Source: a virus (lineage: Duplodnaviria; Caudoviricetes). Taken from it: DNA of 64,000 nt. A program made the translations under genes and the position numbers. Of the stretch, positions 1-9,127 are shown one piece after another; positions within the stretch are counted from its first letter, which is position 1; each line of letters begins with the position of its first letter. The stretch is taken from the IMG/VR virus record IMGVR_UViG_3300042691_031247. One strand, given 5' to 3'. The notes beneath the pieces are model-generated. The model saw only the letters and a list, made by a program, of their open reading frames with translations, was not told the origin of the DNA and did no database searches.

Positions 1-523
1 TGGTGGTGTGCTCAACTATAAAGATATTCTTGACAGTTGGCGGAAAACTGCAGATCCACTGAACACGAGGAATGCCGGTGTCGTCTGTTATATGGTTGTG
101 GGCGCACAGCATCGTCCGCACCACAGGAAAACACATGATGAACCGGCGCTCTGTGTTTACTTCCATTTTGTGCAGGTTCTTGGCCACCGCGGCGCACAAC
201 CTGTTTTTACCGTCTTTCGGCAGTTTGAACAGATCAGCCATCGTCAATTCGTGGAGCCGCGGAATGCGCCGGCCGCACAATACGCCGGGAAAGCGGTGAA
301 ACTCAGAGTTAAACCAGCTAAAGTTCAGCTTGTCGTGGCCGGTCATGTCACGGCACTCGTTCGCCATCTTGCCCCAGCCAGATATCTTAATACCGCACTC
401 TTTGAAGACGCGCTTGATAATGCGCTCCTCAAAAGCGAGTTGGCGCTGAAACCGAATGGCCTCAGCGCCGTCACTGTCTTGATTGAACAGTTCGTTGAAG
501 AACTGGTCGCGCGGGTCGGACAT
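1..523 (-). CDS. hypothetical protein, truncated by window edge
   Basis: Own translation: open minus frame from ATG at 523 (MSDPRDQFFNELFNQDSDGAEAIRFQRQLAFEERIIKRVF...) runs off position 1; co-oriented and tightly packed with upstream genes. Confidence 0.75.
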   Translation of the reverse strand, partial: MSDPRDQFFNELFNQDSDGAEAIRFQRQLAFEERIIKRVFKECGIKISGWGKMANECRDMTGHDKLNFSWFNSEFHRFPGVLCGRRIPRLHELTMADLFKLPKDGKNRLCAAVAKNLHKMEVNTERRFIMCFPVVRTMLCAHNHITDDTGIPRVQWICSFPPTVKNIFIVEHTT

Positions 524-525
524 AG

Positions 526-735
526 TCAGGACGCCGTATTGTTATCAAAGTAACCGGCAATAGATGACGCCGGCGGCAGCGGCATCCACAGTAGCAACGC
601 TTGTTGGGTCGCCAGCTCGCCACCCGTCACCATGAACTGGTCGTGCGTGATGGGGTCAGCGGCGAGCACCTTTTCGTCGCGCCCGGGGAGCCTGTCGTTT
701 ACGTGAGTCCACCTTCCGAACTTTGGTTCCTTCAT
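526..735 (-). CDS. DUF551-like small phage protein
   Basis: W-x-x-V-x-DRLP...VL...WMPLP pattern (RWTHVNDRLP...LLWMPLPP). Confidence 0.7.
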   Translation of the reverse strand: MKEPKFGRWTHVNDRLPGRDEKVLAADPITHDQFMVTGGELATQQALLLWMPLPPASSIAGYFDNNTAS

Positions 736-907
736 GAAGCACCTTTTCTACGTCTTTGAGTAATCCTTCGGCGTTAATGATTTTGTCGCACGCCGATTCG
801 CCCGCTGGCACGCATTGATGCGTTTCCAGCACGTCTCGCACCACCCAAGCCAGCCAGTCTACTTCTTCTCGCGTAAACGAGATCGAGATGCTGACCGGCT
901 TGATCAT
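656..907 (-). CDS. hypothetical protein
   Basis: Likely start MIKPVSISISF at 907; overlaps neighbour by 80 nt. Confidence 0.45.
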   Translation of the reverse strand: MIKPVSISISFTREEVDWLAWVVRDVLETHQCVPAGESACDKIINAEGLLKDVEKVLHEGTKVRKVDSRKRQAPRARRKGARR

Positions 908-911
908 TTCT

Positions 912-1277
912 TTAGCTGTCTTCTTCTTCGTCTTCTTCGTCATATTTGTCCGCATTGTGTTCCTCGTCATACTCGTCAACGGCTTCCATAAATTCATTGA
1001 AGCTCATGCCCGGCGAGTTAACGCACTCCATAAATTGATAAATAAACCGGCTCTCTCCCGTCTCTTTGTCGACGCGCTCCGTTAGCCGGTAGTGCATCAT
1101 GTCGCCGGTTTCGTGGTCGTAACCGCTGATGATGGTATCGGCTTCGGGAATAGGCACGGGCAACTTAGATCCGTCTACAGGGCCGCCAAAACACTCGGCA
1201 ACCTGAAACAGTTCTTTTTGCATGCCCATAAGTTCGTGCTCAAAAGGCGTATCATCGTCGTCGTTGTCGTCGTCCAT
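912..1277 (-). CDS. GGPxDG-motif protein, paralog 3
   Basis: ECFGGPVDG...MHYRL...FIYQF; start reassigned to MDDDND at 1277. Confidence 0.7.
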   Translation of the reverse strand: MDDDNDDDDTPFEHELMGMQKELFQVAECFGGPVDGSKLPVPIPEADTIISGYDHETGDMMHYRLTERVDKETGESRFIYQFMECVNSPGMSFNEFMEAVDEYDEEHNADKYDEEDEEEDS

Positions 1278-1618
1278 TAGTCTCGATCCCAGTTGTACCA
1301 GTCCGGCTCCAGATCGGGGTCGTAATTGTTCGCAGGGCATCCGGGGTGGCCGATAATGATATTGTCTATTATGGTTTTGCTATCCGTCCCGGCGTAAGCG
1401 TAAAACGTTTTCTCGTCCTCAAGACAACCTTTTTCGGCGTTGTATTTTTTCGCAGTCAGCAGCACGTAATAGTGCGGTTTTCCGTCGGCATCTGGAAACG
1501 ATATCGTGGCGCTGCCGGACTGACTTACGGCGCCAGTGCTGCACCACGTCCCGTCTCTCGGCCCGCCGTACACTTCGCACCACAGATAATCAAGATGCGC
1601 GCGCGACTTGTCAGCCAT
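1277..1618 (-). CDS. GGPxDG-motif protein, paralog 2
   Basis: EVYGGPRDG...PHYYVL...FYAYAG. Confidence 0.75.
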   Translation of the reverse strand: MADKSRAHLDYLWCEVYGGPRDGTWCSTGAVSQSGSATISFPDADGKPHYYVLLTAKKYNAEKGCLEDEKTFYAYAGTDSKTIIDNIIIGHPGCPANNYDPDLEPDWYNWDRD

Positions 1619-1634
1619 ATACCCTCCGTAAGGT

Positions 1635-1976
1635 TTAAAACTCTTTGTCGGGAAACGTCAATTCAATCACCGGATTCGTGTCTCGAATCTCTCCGAGCGT
1701 TGCATCCTCTGCGTGCACACCGCGGTACGCGTAAAAATTCCACCACCGGTTAGCGCGCTTTGGGTCAGCCTGCTGCCACGCTAAGTACCAATGGCACACA
1801 TCGGCGCCATTCTCGTCTTTCACTTTTTGATAGAAAAAACCCGGTGATTCGTAATAAATATCGGGATACACATCCTCGATGTTGTCTGGCGCGAAAACGG
1901 GCAGATCGCGGCCGTCGAGCGGGCCGCCGACACAGGTCATGAGCGACCCGCAACGCATATCTTCAGCACGTATCAT
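1635..1976 (-). CDS. GGPxDG-motif protein, paralog 1
   Basis: TCVGGPLDG...CHWYL...FYAYRG. Confidence 0.75.
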   Translation of the reverse strand: MIRAEDMRCGSLMTCVGGPLDGRDLPVFAPDNIEDVYPDIYYESPGFFYQKVKDENGADVCHWYLAWQQADPKRANRWWNFYAYRGVHAEDATLGEIRDTNPVIELTFPDKEF

Positions 1977-3346
1977 CAGTCAACCTGTCCAAGGGGATCC
2001 AGATCCGCTCCGACAACTTCGCCGACCGTGCTTGACGCTGCCATAAGCTCAGGCACGTCGGTCATCTGATTATTCTTTAACTCTTCCATCACCTGCTCGC
2101 GATACTTACGCGCCGGGTCGCAGATGGTGTAGTCGTTCACGCCAAGTAAGCCGTGCAACATGCCGAGGACTTTAGGGTTGTCTTCAAGCATGATGGACGC
2201 CTCAACTTCAGACACGGCGTCTTGCTTGGAAATACCAAGCGCCTTAGAAAATACCAGCGGTGTTTCAGCGTTCTTGGTGCCGTGCTTGTATTCCAAATCG
2301 CAGACCTGCTTGAGCAAGCCCGGCAGCTTGGGGTCCATACCCGGAACCGGCTTACCGTCGCCCGACTGTAGCTCCATGAGCAACCGAATGGACGCAGTGT
2401 GCCAGTCCCAGAAATGGAACTGCTGGTTCTTGTAAGTCTCGTTGCCGTTCTTGTCGACGGCCGGGACGATCTCGTTGTACCAGAGCAGATTAACAACGAT
2501 CTTGCGCCCGGGAGCGCCGAGATTGTTCTTAGTCGCTGCAATACGAATCGATGCGCCCTCGTAGCGTGGCGGGATGTTCTTCTGCGACGCCTTCGACATG
2601 TCGAGGATCAACGTCGGGTAGTAATCCAGACTAGCGCCACCGGGAGCGTACTTCTTGGGCGGGCCAAATCCCATGGAGTTAATTTCCTCCTTGAGATGGT
2701 TCGTCGCAACAAGCGCAATCGGGTAATGCCGCAGAGTGGGCACCAGCGCCGTCCGCATGAAGTCAGACAGGTTGCGGGCGAGATACGGGTGGCCGGCCGC
2801 GGCGTGACCCTCGTCGGCTACCTTCTCGACGCGACGATCGACTTCGACAGCCGAGATGGAGTCGATGCCAATACAGATAGGAATAACTCTGTCCGGCGCG
2901 TTGGCTGCGTCGACCTGCTTGTGAATCGCCTGACAGAACTCCATGTAGTGCTTCTGCCACTCTTCCACGCTCGCCGCCGTCTTGATGCGGGTCCGAGCGA
3001 TGTACTGCTGGTTGTGGCTGAACAAGCCCGACATCATCGTCGGCGAGCCCTTGTTCTCAGTGTCGATCATGATGGCGCCGCCGCCATACATGTGAAACCA
3101 GCGCATGATCTCGATGAGCAACGCGGACTTACCCGCGCTGAACTCGCCGCGAAGCTGCGTAAAGCGCGACAGCGGGAAAATGTTCGCCTGCAGCAGATAA
3201 CGCGCTGCAAGCGTCGGAAGCGGCAAGCCGATCAGCGGATCTTGATCTTCCGCCGTCGCCTTGAGCACTTCCGTGATAACCGGATGCTCGCCATTGCGGG
3301 CGAACACATCAACCTCGTCGTGATCTTCTTTACGTTTCCTGCCCAT
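1976..3346 (-). CDS. recA: RecA/UvsX-like recombinase with C-terminal extension
   Basis: Walker A GEFSAGKS, IMIDTE, Walker B IGIDSISA, ATNHLKEEI, YAPGGASLDYY, ATKNNL; start reassigned to MGRKRK at 3346. Confidence 0.9.
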   Translation of the reverse strand: MGRKRKEDHDEVDVFARNGEHPVITEVLKATAEDQDPLIGLPLPTLAARYLLQANIFPLSRFTQLRGEFSAGKSALLIEIMRWFHMYGGGAIMIDTENKGSPTMMSGLFSHNQQYIARTRIKTAASVEEWQKHYMEFCQAIHKQVDAANAPDRVIPICIGIDSISAVEVDRRVEKVADEGHAAAGHPYLARNLSDFMRTALVPTLRHYPIALVATNHLKEEINSMGFGPPKKYAPGGASLDYYPTLILDMSKASQKNIPPRYEGASIRIAATKNNLGAPGRKIVVNLLWYNEIVPAVDKNGNETYKNQQFHFWDWHTASIRLLMELQSGDGKPVPGMDPKLPGLLKQVCDLEYKHGTKNAETPLVFSKALGISKQDAVSEVEASIMLEDNPKVLGMLHGLLGVNDYTICDPARKYREQVMEELKNNQMTDVPELMAASSTVGEVVGADLDPLGQVD

Positions 3347-3369
3347 AAATTCCCTTCTTGATATAAATA

Positions 3370-3420
3370 CCCCGACCCCGGCGCGCACGCACTGAGGAAA
3401 ACGTGACGCCGGGGTCGGAG
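3370..3420 (-). terminator. long GC-rich hairpin (terminator/attenuator or processing site) between putative ssb and recA
   Basis: 15-bp stem with two G-U pairs on the minus strand, plus an inner stem, followed by TATTTAT. Confidence 0.55.
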
Positions 3421-3428
3421 CGAAATAA

Positions 3429-4793
3429 TTACTTCTGCGATGCGCGAGCACGAGCCCGCGCCAGAATGTCCGCAGAGTCCCGCTTCGCGGGGCCAGCCTG
3501 CGCCATAGACGGCGGAGCTGGCGGCGCGGGCGGAGCCGAGGCAAAGATATCAGCAACGCTGGCATCTACCTCCGGCGAAACTTCAGCCTCCGGCTGCGGG
3601 TCCCACGGAGCCACGGGATCGGGCTGTGGCGCCGGGCGGCGGGCTGCCGCGCGAGGAGCTGGCGCCGGCGGGGCTTCCAGCTCTTCCACAGGCGTCTCTA
3701 CGCCCTGAAACGTCGACGTACCCTTCGGCAGCGCCCGGAGGTACTGCGGGAAGTCACGCCAAGCGAAATCGAGCGCTTCTCGCGGGAACACAGGAGCCAG
3801 CATTTCAGCCTGCTCCTCGTACGACGGCAATCGCAGGAAGTCTTCCCACGTGCCGGCTTCCGCAACGATGCGATCGGCATACGGCTCCAACGAAATCTCC
3901 TGACCGTTAAACGTGTCATGGAGAATGCCGAAGTGCGTGTAATCACTTCGCGAGTGCGGGTAACCAACGATGTACTGAGCGCCCTGCGGCCCGCGAGCGA
4001 ACTTGGGGCACTGGAACGTCGTGGGACCCTCGATGCCGGTTGCGATTAGATTGGCGGCGCCACTCTTGAACGCTTCCGGCAAAATCGTAAACAACTTCGC
4101 CGGACCAAGCGACAACATATCGTTGATTAAAAACTCGCCGGTGTTTTCGTCACGAACGTTTAACGCCGAGTGCAAAGCTTCAGCCGCGCTGGTCTTCAAC
4201 CCGATGATGCGCGCATTGCGCTTGTTATCATCTGAAAACGCGCCCAGCTGAATCTTGCCGTGTTCATCAACGTAAACGGCGGTTGCCGAAATAAACATTG
4301 TCTTTTCGGGCTTCTTGAGCGACCCGATGTGCGAGTTACGCACAAACTCCTTCGACAGCAGCTCAGCGAATAACCGACCCAGCGTCGGGTGCGGGTTGTC
4401 CTTAGAGCTGTCGTAGGCAACCTTGCGCAGAACGTGCAGCGGGCTTTCGTACAGGTTCACTTCGGGGTTACCGTCGTGAACGATGAAGCAGATGCCCGGG
4501 TTACCTACCCAGTGCGCGCAGGTCAGCAACCGGCTCCAGTCACCCATAGCGACGTTGTCATTCCCTTCGCGGAAGCTGGCAAACGTTTCACCGTTTTTGC
4601 CCTCCTCGTAGATGGGAAGCAGCCGCAGGCAGAGGCCGTTTCCAAGGAGTTCACCACCCGCCGCAATCAGAATGTTGTTCTGCTTGCCGTAGGCGTAACG
4701 ACTCTTGCTGTTAGAGCCGCCAGTACCGATGTTGTTGGCCTTACGGTACTCAGGATCAATCGCCGCAAAATTAGCCGCGTTATAGCGTGGCAT
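3429..4793 (-). CDS. putative single-stranded DNA-binding / recombination mediator protein
   Basis: Lies between polA and recA; LRLLP early motif and a low-complexity Pro/Ala/acidic tail like phage SSBs; no diagnostic motif. Confidence 0.4.
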   Translation of the reverse strand: MPRYNAANFAAIDPEYRKANNIGTGGSNSKSRYAYGKQNNILIAAGGELLGNGLCLRLLPIYEEGKNGETFASFREGNDNVAMGDWSRLLTCAHWVGNPGICFIVHDGNPEVNLYESPLHVLRKVAYDSSKDNPHPTLGRLFAELLSKEFVRNSHIGSLKKPEKTMFISATAVYVDEHGKIQLGAFSDDNKRNARIIGLKTSAAEALHSALNVRDENTGEFLINDMLSLGPAKLFTILPEAFKSGAANLIATGIEGPTTFQCPKFARGPQGAQYIVGYPHSRSDYTHFGILHDTFNGQEISLEPYADRIVAEAGTWEDFLRLPSYEEQAEMLAPVFPREALDFAWRDFPQYLRALPKGTSTFQGVETPVEELEAPPAPAPRAAARRPAPQPDPVAPWDPQPEAEVSPEVDASVADIFASAPPAPPAPPSMAQAGPAKRDSADILARARARASQK

Positions 4794-4871
4794 ACGAACC
4801 TTTCTATGTAAATTGAGGGCCCTATTGCCCTTTGTGGATGTCTGCAACTATAGCAGACAAAACCATTCTGT

Positions 4872-7800
4872 CTAGCCCTTCTCGTCACAAAACCAATCGA
4901 CTCCCAAACCCCTAGATTTCTCGGGTTTTAGGTTCTCTCCCCAGTGGAAAAACACGTCACGACTCATACCAAAGTGGTAAGGTTCGGCCACGTCGATTTT
5001 GGTGCCGTCGAGCCTGTGCGGCCAAAACGGAACACCGTCAATCATGCACGCCGGAATAACTTCTTTGTACAAACGCTCAGCGTGCTCTAGCGGCACAATT
5101 AACACAATCGCGTCGTGAATCTGCAGCGCGATTTTGTAATCAATATCCGAGTGTTCTTCGCGGTACTTGTAGAAGTTGTAAAGCGCGATAGACACGGCGT
5201 CAGCTACTCCACCTTGAATCGGGAAGTTCTGTGCCTGCCGCTCTTGCTCGCCACGTACGGCTCGGTCCTTCGTCGGCATGAACCGGCGAAACCGACCGTA
5301 CGGACCTACCAGCCACCCCGGATCTTGCGACCGCATACGGCATTCTGCAAGAAACGTCTTAGTACCGGGATAAGATTGGAAGTAGGCGTCGATCATCGCT
5401 TGGCACTGATCGGCTGTAACGTCGTGGCCTTCCTCTTTGCATTGACGCGCAAGAGCTTCTGAACCGCGGCCGTACGGAATACCGAAATTCACGTTCTTGG
5501 CTGCGACACGAAGACCCTTTACGCCAGCGTCCACCATACCTTGTTTTGTAGGCGTGACGCCGCTAAGCCGGAATGTCTTAACCGCCTGCTGGCTGTGGAT
5601 GTCGTAGTGGTCCGGGTGATCCTCTGGCAGAAGATTACGCCGGACGTGCTCAATCATATTTTTATCTTGACTCAACCACGCGAGGACCGCCAATTCCGCA
5701 CCAGTGAGGTCCGTTTCGATCCCGATGCAACCTTTGGGTACACGAAGGATTGAGCGGACGGGATGCTGGTATTTATCTTTTCCGAGGATACGCTTGTAGT
5801 CGTCTTCCCGCCGCGAACTAAGGTTTTGTAGCGGCGGACGACTGCTGCTTGCCCGACCTGTTTCCTTGGTCTGAAACATGTGAGTACGGACTTTACCGTC
5901 AGAGTGGACGCACCCAACAAGACCTTTTTCATACGTGTAATTACCGTTCTCATCGAGTTCGTATTCTCCGTCTTCTGTTTCAGCGGGTTTGCGCAAGACC
6001 GACTGCAGCACCTGACTAATGAATTTATAGTCACGGATTTTCGCTGCCGTCGAGTTCATGTGACCAAGAATGCCCAGACTCTCCTTGTCCGTACTGGGCG
6101 TGGCTGTCTCTGGGTTGATGCCGCGATACGACATTTCATTCCACAGCACAGGACGCTTACCGGTTGTCTTCACCGGGCGCAGGTCAAGCGTTTGCGCGTC
6201 TTCCGGGATTGGCGGTGAGTTCGTGTACCGGTCGGCAAAGTCGCGGCCGAAAAGCGCTATCGCCAATTGGGGCTGCGACTTTGGATTAAACGCCGGCCAC
6301 TGCAGCTCCTCGCGGATTTCAGCCAGCAGTCGTTCCTGCGTGTTCATAAACAACGTGGTCAGCTCATCCGCGCGATTGCGGTCGATTTCAAGGCCAGTCA
6401 TTTCCATCTCTAGAAACGCCAGCGATGAGTTGTGTGCTGTCCAGTACGGCAGCCAGCAGTCATGGCCTGTGCTGGACCGAGCGATGAGGCCGTCTTTGCC
6501 GTTGGTGCCGTAGAACCGCATCATGATTCGACGCGTGACGTCGACGTCATACGAGGCGTACGGGTGAAGAATATGCGCAGGGCACTCGCCGTAACCACCA
6601 ACCTCGCTCGCCTTCAATTTGTTATCAGAGCGGTACTTTTTCTTCCAGTGATCAAGTGGCTCCCAGTAAGTTGGCGCCGCTGTGAATCTCATGGAGCACT
6701 CGTCGAGACCGTACCGCGCGCACTCGTTAACGGCGTGGTACATGAGACTTGTATCCCAACCGCCGTGCGTGCGGTCGTCGGGATCTTCGGCGGGAGCGTA
6801 CTCCGGGCGTACATCCACGCCAAAATCAAAAAGCCATGGCAAGTCAGCACGGAAAAAGTGCCCACCCACACGGACGTTTCTTTCGGGCGTGCTTTTGAGC
6901 AGCCGCGTGAGCTGCCGGCGAGCTGCGTCCAGATTTGGCTGAAACGCTTCTGCGCCACCCTGATGCCGCAGAACAATCGTGCGCGCCCACTTGTCTTTAT
7001 TTGATATCTGAACCGTCCGCAGATACGCGCCTTCTTCCGTCGGATACTCGCCGTGCCACTCACAGTCGATCGCGATGATGTTGGCGTTCGGGTCAGGATC
7101 GCTAACCATTTCGTCCACAATTTCCGCCAACGCTGCTTCGGTGTACACGTCGGCATGATCAACGGCTTCCTCGTCTAAGATCTCATCGTGAATTAGGGCT
7201 TTAAATCGACGGATCTGTCCGACGAAATCTTCAGTCACTTCTGGCTTGCGCACCACAAATGCCGGGTGCATCACCGACAGCGCTTTCATCGTCCGGGGAT
7301 TGCCGTCTGTGTCTACGGACGAGACGTCGAGGATGCGGCCGGCGAGGCCGGTGATGGCGCCCGTCGTACGCATGACTGCTTTTGTCGCCTCGTTGCCGAG
7401 GCACAGAATAAACTCCGGCTGGACGATGCGAATTTCTTGCTCCAGCAGAATTGCGCAGTTTTTGATCCACGCGGCCGGGACAGCCGTAATTTCCATCGGC
7501 GGCGCAAACTTGCACGCAAACGTAACGTACCAGTCCTCGTACGCTTCGGGACTGATGCCGCACTCCTCAAAGATATCAGCCATCATGTTCATGGCTGGAC
7601 CGGCAGTCGCGTTCAAGCTCTCCATCTCGTAATAGCCGGGGAGCTTGCCGACGATCATCACCTTGGCTTTGCGCCACGGCCCGTACATCTCTACCGCCGC
7701 GCCCCGTTTCCCCCAGCGATGCCCGGGAAGAAACGGTACGGGAATAAGGTCTTTAGAGGACTTGTGCGAAATCGGCAGATGGAAGTCTGGCCGATACAGC

Positions 7801-8039
7801 GCGTTGCGGTAGAGATTCGTCAGGTGCGTACCTACAGGCACGGCCTTCTTTTTCTTGGCGCTCGCCTCGTCAATCTCGTCGCCCAACGCTACGGCGTGCG
7901 CGATAAAGTCTGGGCCGGCCGGCGGCATACCCGGTTCCGTAAGCGGAATGAACGGGTATGCCGCGGCCGTAAAATCTTCTGTGTTCGGGTCATACAGCGT
8001 CTGGGTTAGACGATGCGTGAGCGAAATACCCTGTGTCAT
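4872..8039 (-). CDS. polA: family A DNA polymerase with N-terminal uracil-DNA-glycosylase-like domain and 3'-5' exonuclease
   Basis: UDG-like GKLPG...CKFAPP...LCLGNEA...HPAF; Exo I DCE, Exo II RAD, Exo III YASYD; TGRASS; motif A DLTGAELAVLA; motif B RVAAKNVNFGIPYG; motif C IHDA. Confidence 0.95.
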   Translation of the reverse strand: MTQGISLTHRLTQTLYDPNTEDFTAAAYPFIPLTEPGMPPAGPDFIAHAVALGDEIDEASAKKKKAVPVGTHLTNLYRNALYRPDFHLPISHKSSKDLIPVPFLPGHRWGKRGAAVEMYGPWRKAKVMIVGKLPGYYEMESLNATAGPAMNMMADIFEECGISPEAYEDWYVTFACKFAPPMEITAVPAAWIKNCAILLEQEIRIVQPEFILCLGNEATKAVMRTTGAITGLAGRILDVSSVDTDGNPRTMKALSVMHPAFVVRKPEVTEDFVGQIRRFKALIHDEILDEEAVDHADVYTEAALAEIVDEMVSDPDPNANIIAIDCEWHGEYPTEEGAYLRTVQISNKDKWARTIVLRHQGGAEAFQPNLDAARRQLTRLLKSTPERNVRVGGHFFRADLPWLFDFGVDVRPEYAPAEDPDDRTHGGWDTSLMYHAVNECARYGLDECSMRFTAAPTYWEPLDHWKKKYRSDNKLKASEVGGYGECPAHILHPYASYDVDVTRRIMMRFYGTNGKDGLIARSSTGHDCWLPYWTAHNSSLAFLEMEMTGLEIDRNRADELTTLFMNTQERLLAEIREELQWPAFNPKSQPQLAIALFGRDFADRYTNSPPIPEDAQTLDLRPVKTTGKRPVLWNEMSYRGINPETATPSTDKESLGILGHMNSTAAKIRDYKFISQVLQSVLRKPAETEDGEYELDENGNYTYEKGLVGCVHSDGKVRTHMFQTKETGRASSSRPPLQNLSSRREDDYKRILGKDKYQHPVRSILRVPKGCIGIETDLTGAELAVLAWLSQDKNMIEHVRRNLLPEDHPDHYDIHSQQAVKTFRLSGVTPTKQGMVDAGVKGLRVAAKNVNFGIPYGRGSEALARQCKEEGHDVTADQCQAMIDAYFQSYPGTKTFLAECRMRSQDPGWLVGPYGRFRRFMPTKDRAVRGEQERQAQNFPIQGGVADAVSIALYNFYKYREEHSDIDYKIALQIHDAIVLIVPLEHAERLYKEVIPACMIDGVPFWPHRLDGTKIDVAEPYHFGMSRDVFFHWGENLKPEKSRGLGVDWFCDEKG

Positions 8040-8045
8040 AACGCC

Positions 8046-9116
8046 TCATAACAAAAACGAAAGATCAGCCGTCACGTCAACAGCGTCGGCGGCCGATGAC
8101 AACATCTCAAACAACTCCGGCCGCGAGTAATCAGCCGGGTCACGATCGTCCGGGAGAATAACCGGAACGACATTAACGTTTCTCTGGCAAAGAGCTGCGA
8201 CAACATGCTCAAGCTCGGTCTGCGCGTCGTGATCGAGGATGACGAACACGGGCTTGTTCGCCCATGTCGTCGCGATCGTGTTGCACTGCCACGCAGATAA
8301 CGTCTTACCAAAAATACAGACGCCTGCAACTCCAAGCCGCCACACGCTCGGTACGCCCTCGACCACTACGGCGGCTGGCTGTTCCGCCGCGTTATCGTAG
8401 TTGTAGAGCACCTGACTCTTGCGCATGCCGTTGTAGTACTTGACAGTGTTTCGGCCCTCTCCAACGACGCGGCCTTGCCAGCCAACTAACTGCCCATGAA
8501 AATGAACAGGAATATAAATACGCCCGTGCATAATCCGGTGTTTGTCCAGCCGCGGATTTACACACACGCCGATTTTGAACACATCGGCGAGTTCGCGGAT
8601 ATTCGTAAACCCGCGAGAAGCCAAGTACTCGACAGCCGGGTGATACTCCGGCAGCGAATCAATCGGCAGGATCTCTCCGGGCGGTTCAATCGTTTCGTGT
8701 ACCGTGTCGAGCGGTACTGACCTGATTGGCGTACGCGTCATGAATCGCCGGCCGGCGCCGAACACCATATCTTCAAACTGCTCCAGCCGGCCGGGCTTAT
8801 CAAGACAGTTTTCGTTGTAGCACACGACCAAATGCGTGTTTGCCCGACGACCATTGCGAATGTCTGATCCGTACCGATGATTCACCCACAGACGATTTCG
8901 CTGGTCACGACAAAACGGACAACACACGCAGTAATACTCACCCCAGCTGCCGCGATAAGTAGACTTGCCGCGGCGAAGGGGATCATCAAATTGTTCGACC
9001 TGCGCGGGCACACCTTCGTTTGCGATAGTTACATCGCCGAATTTGTGCGCGAGCAGGCCATACAGTACGGGATTCAGGGGATTTGAACTTGGCGTTTTTG
9101 AGACCGCCATTTTCAT
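8046..9116 (-). CDS. dnaG: DNA primase (Zn finger + TOPRIM)
   Basis: CCPFC...H..C zinc ribbon, IYIPVHFHGQLVGWQGR, VVVEG, LDHD, DPADY; SD AGGAG 5 nt before ATG at 9116. Confidence 0.88.
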   Translation of the reverse strand: MKMAVSKTPSSNPLNPVLYGLLAHKFGDVTIANEGVPAQVEQFDDPLRRGKSTYRGSWGEYYCVCCPFCRDQRNRLWVNHRYGSDIRNGRRANTHLVVCYNENCLDKPGRLEQFEDMVFGAGRRFMTRTPIRSVPLDTVHETIEPPGEILPIDSLPEYHPAVEYLASRGFTNIRELADVFKIGVCVNPRLDKHRIMHGRIYIPVHFHGQLVGWQGRVVGEGRNTVKYYNGMRKSQVLYNYDNAAEQPAAVVVEGVPSVWRLGVAGVCIFGKTLSAWQCNTIATTWANKPVFVILDHDAQTELEHVVAALCQRNVNVVPVILPDDRDPADYSRPELFEMLSSAADAVDVTADLSFLL

Positions 9117-9127
9117 ACTGACTCCTC

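Noticed and set aside
8-553. 181-aa plus-strand ORF
   Set aside because: It is the antisense shadow of a minus-strand gene (1-523) that the track missed because it runs off the window
2399-3361. Long plus-strand ORFs (also 7266-8009, 34130-35161, 44644-45507)
   Set aside because: They lie antisense to clearly identifiable genes; typical GC-rich shadow frames
3362-3369. TATAAATA (T4 late promoter consensus), also at 8513-8520
   Set aside because: Both copies are on the non-coding strand and one is inside the primase; there is no plus-strand gene downstream
4872-8039. Intron or intein in polA (or in terL, dnaB)
   Set aside because: Motifs are contiguous, with no C/S...HN splice junctions or LAGLIDADG/HNH inserts visible
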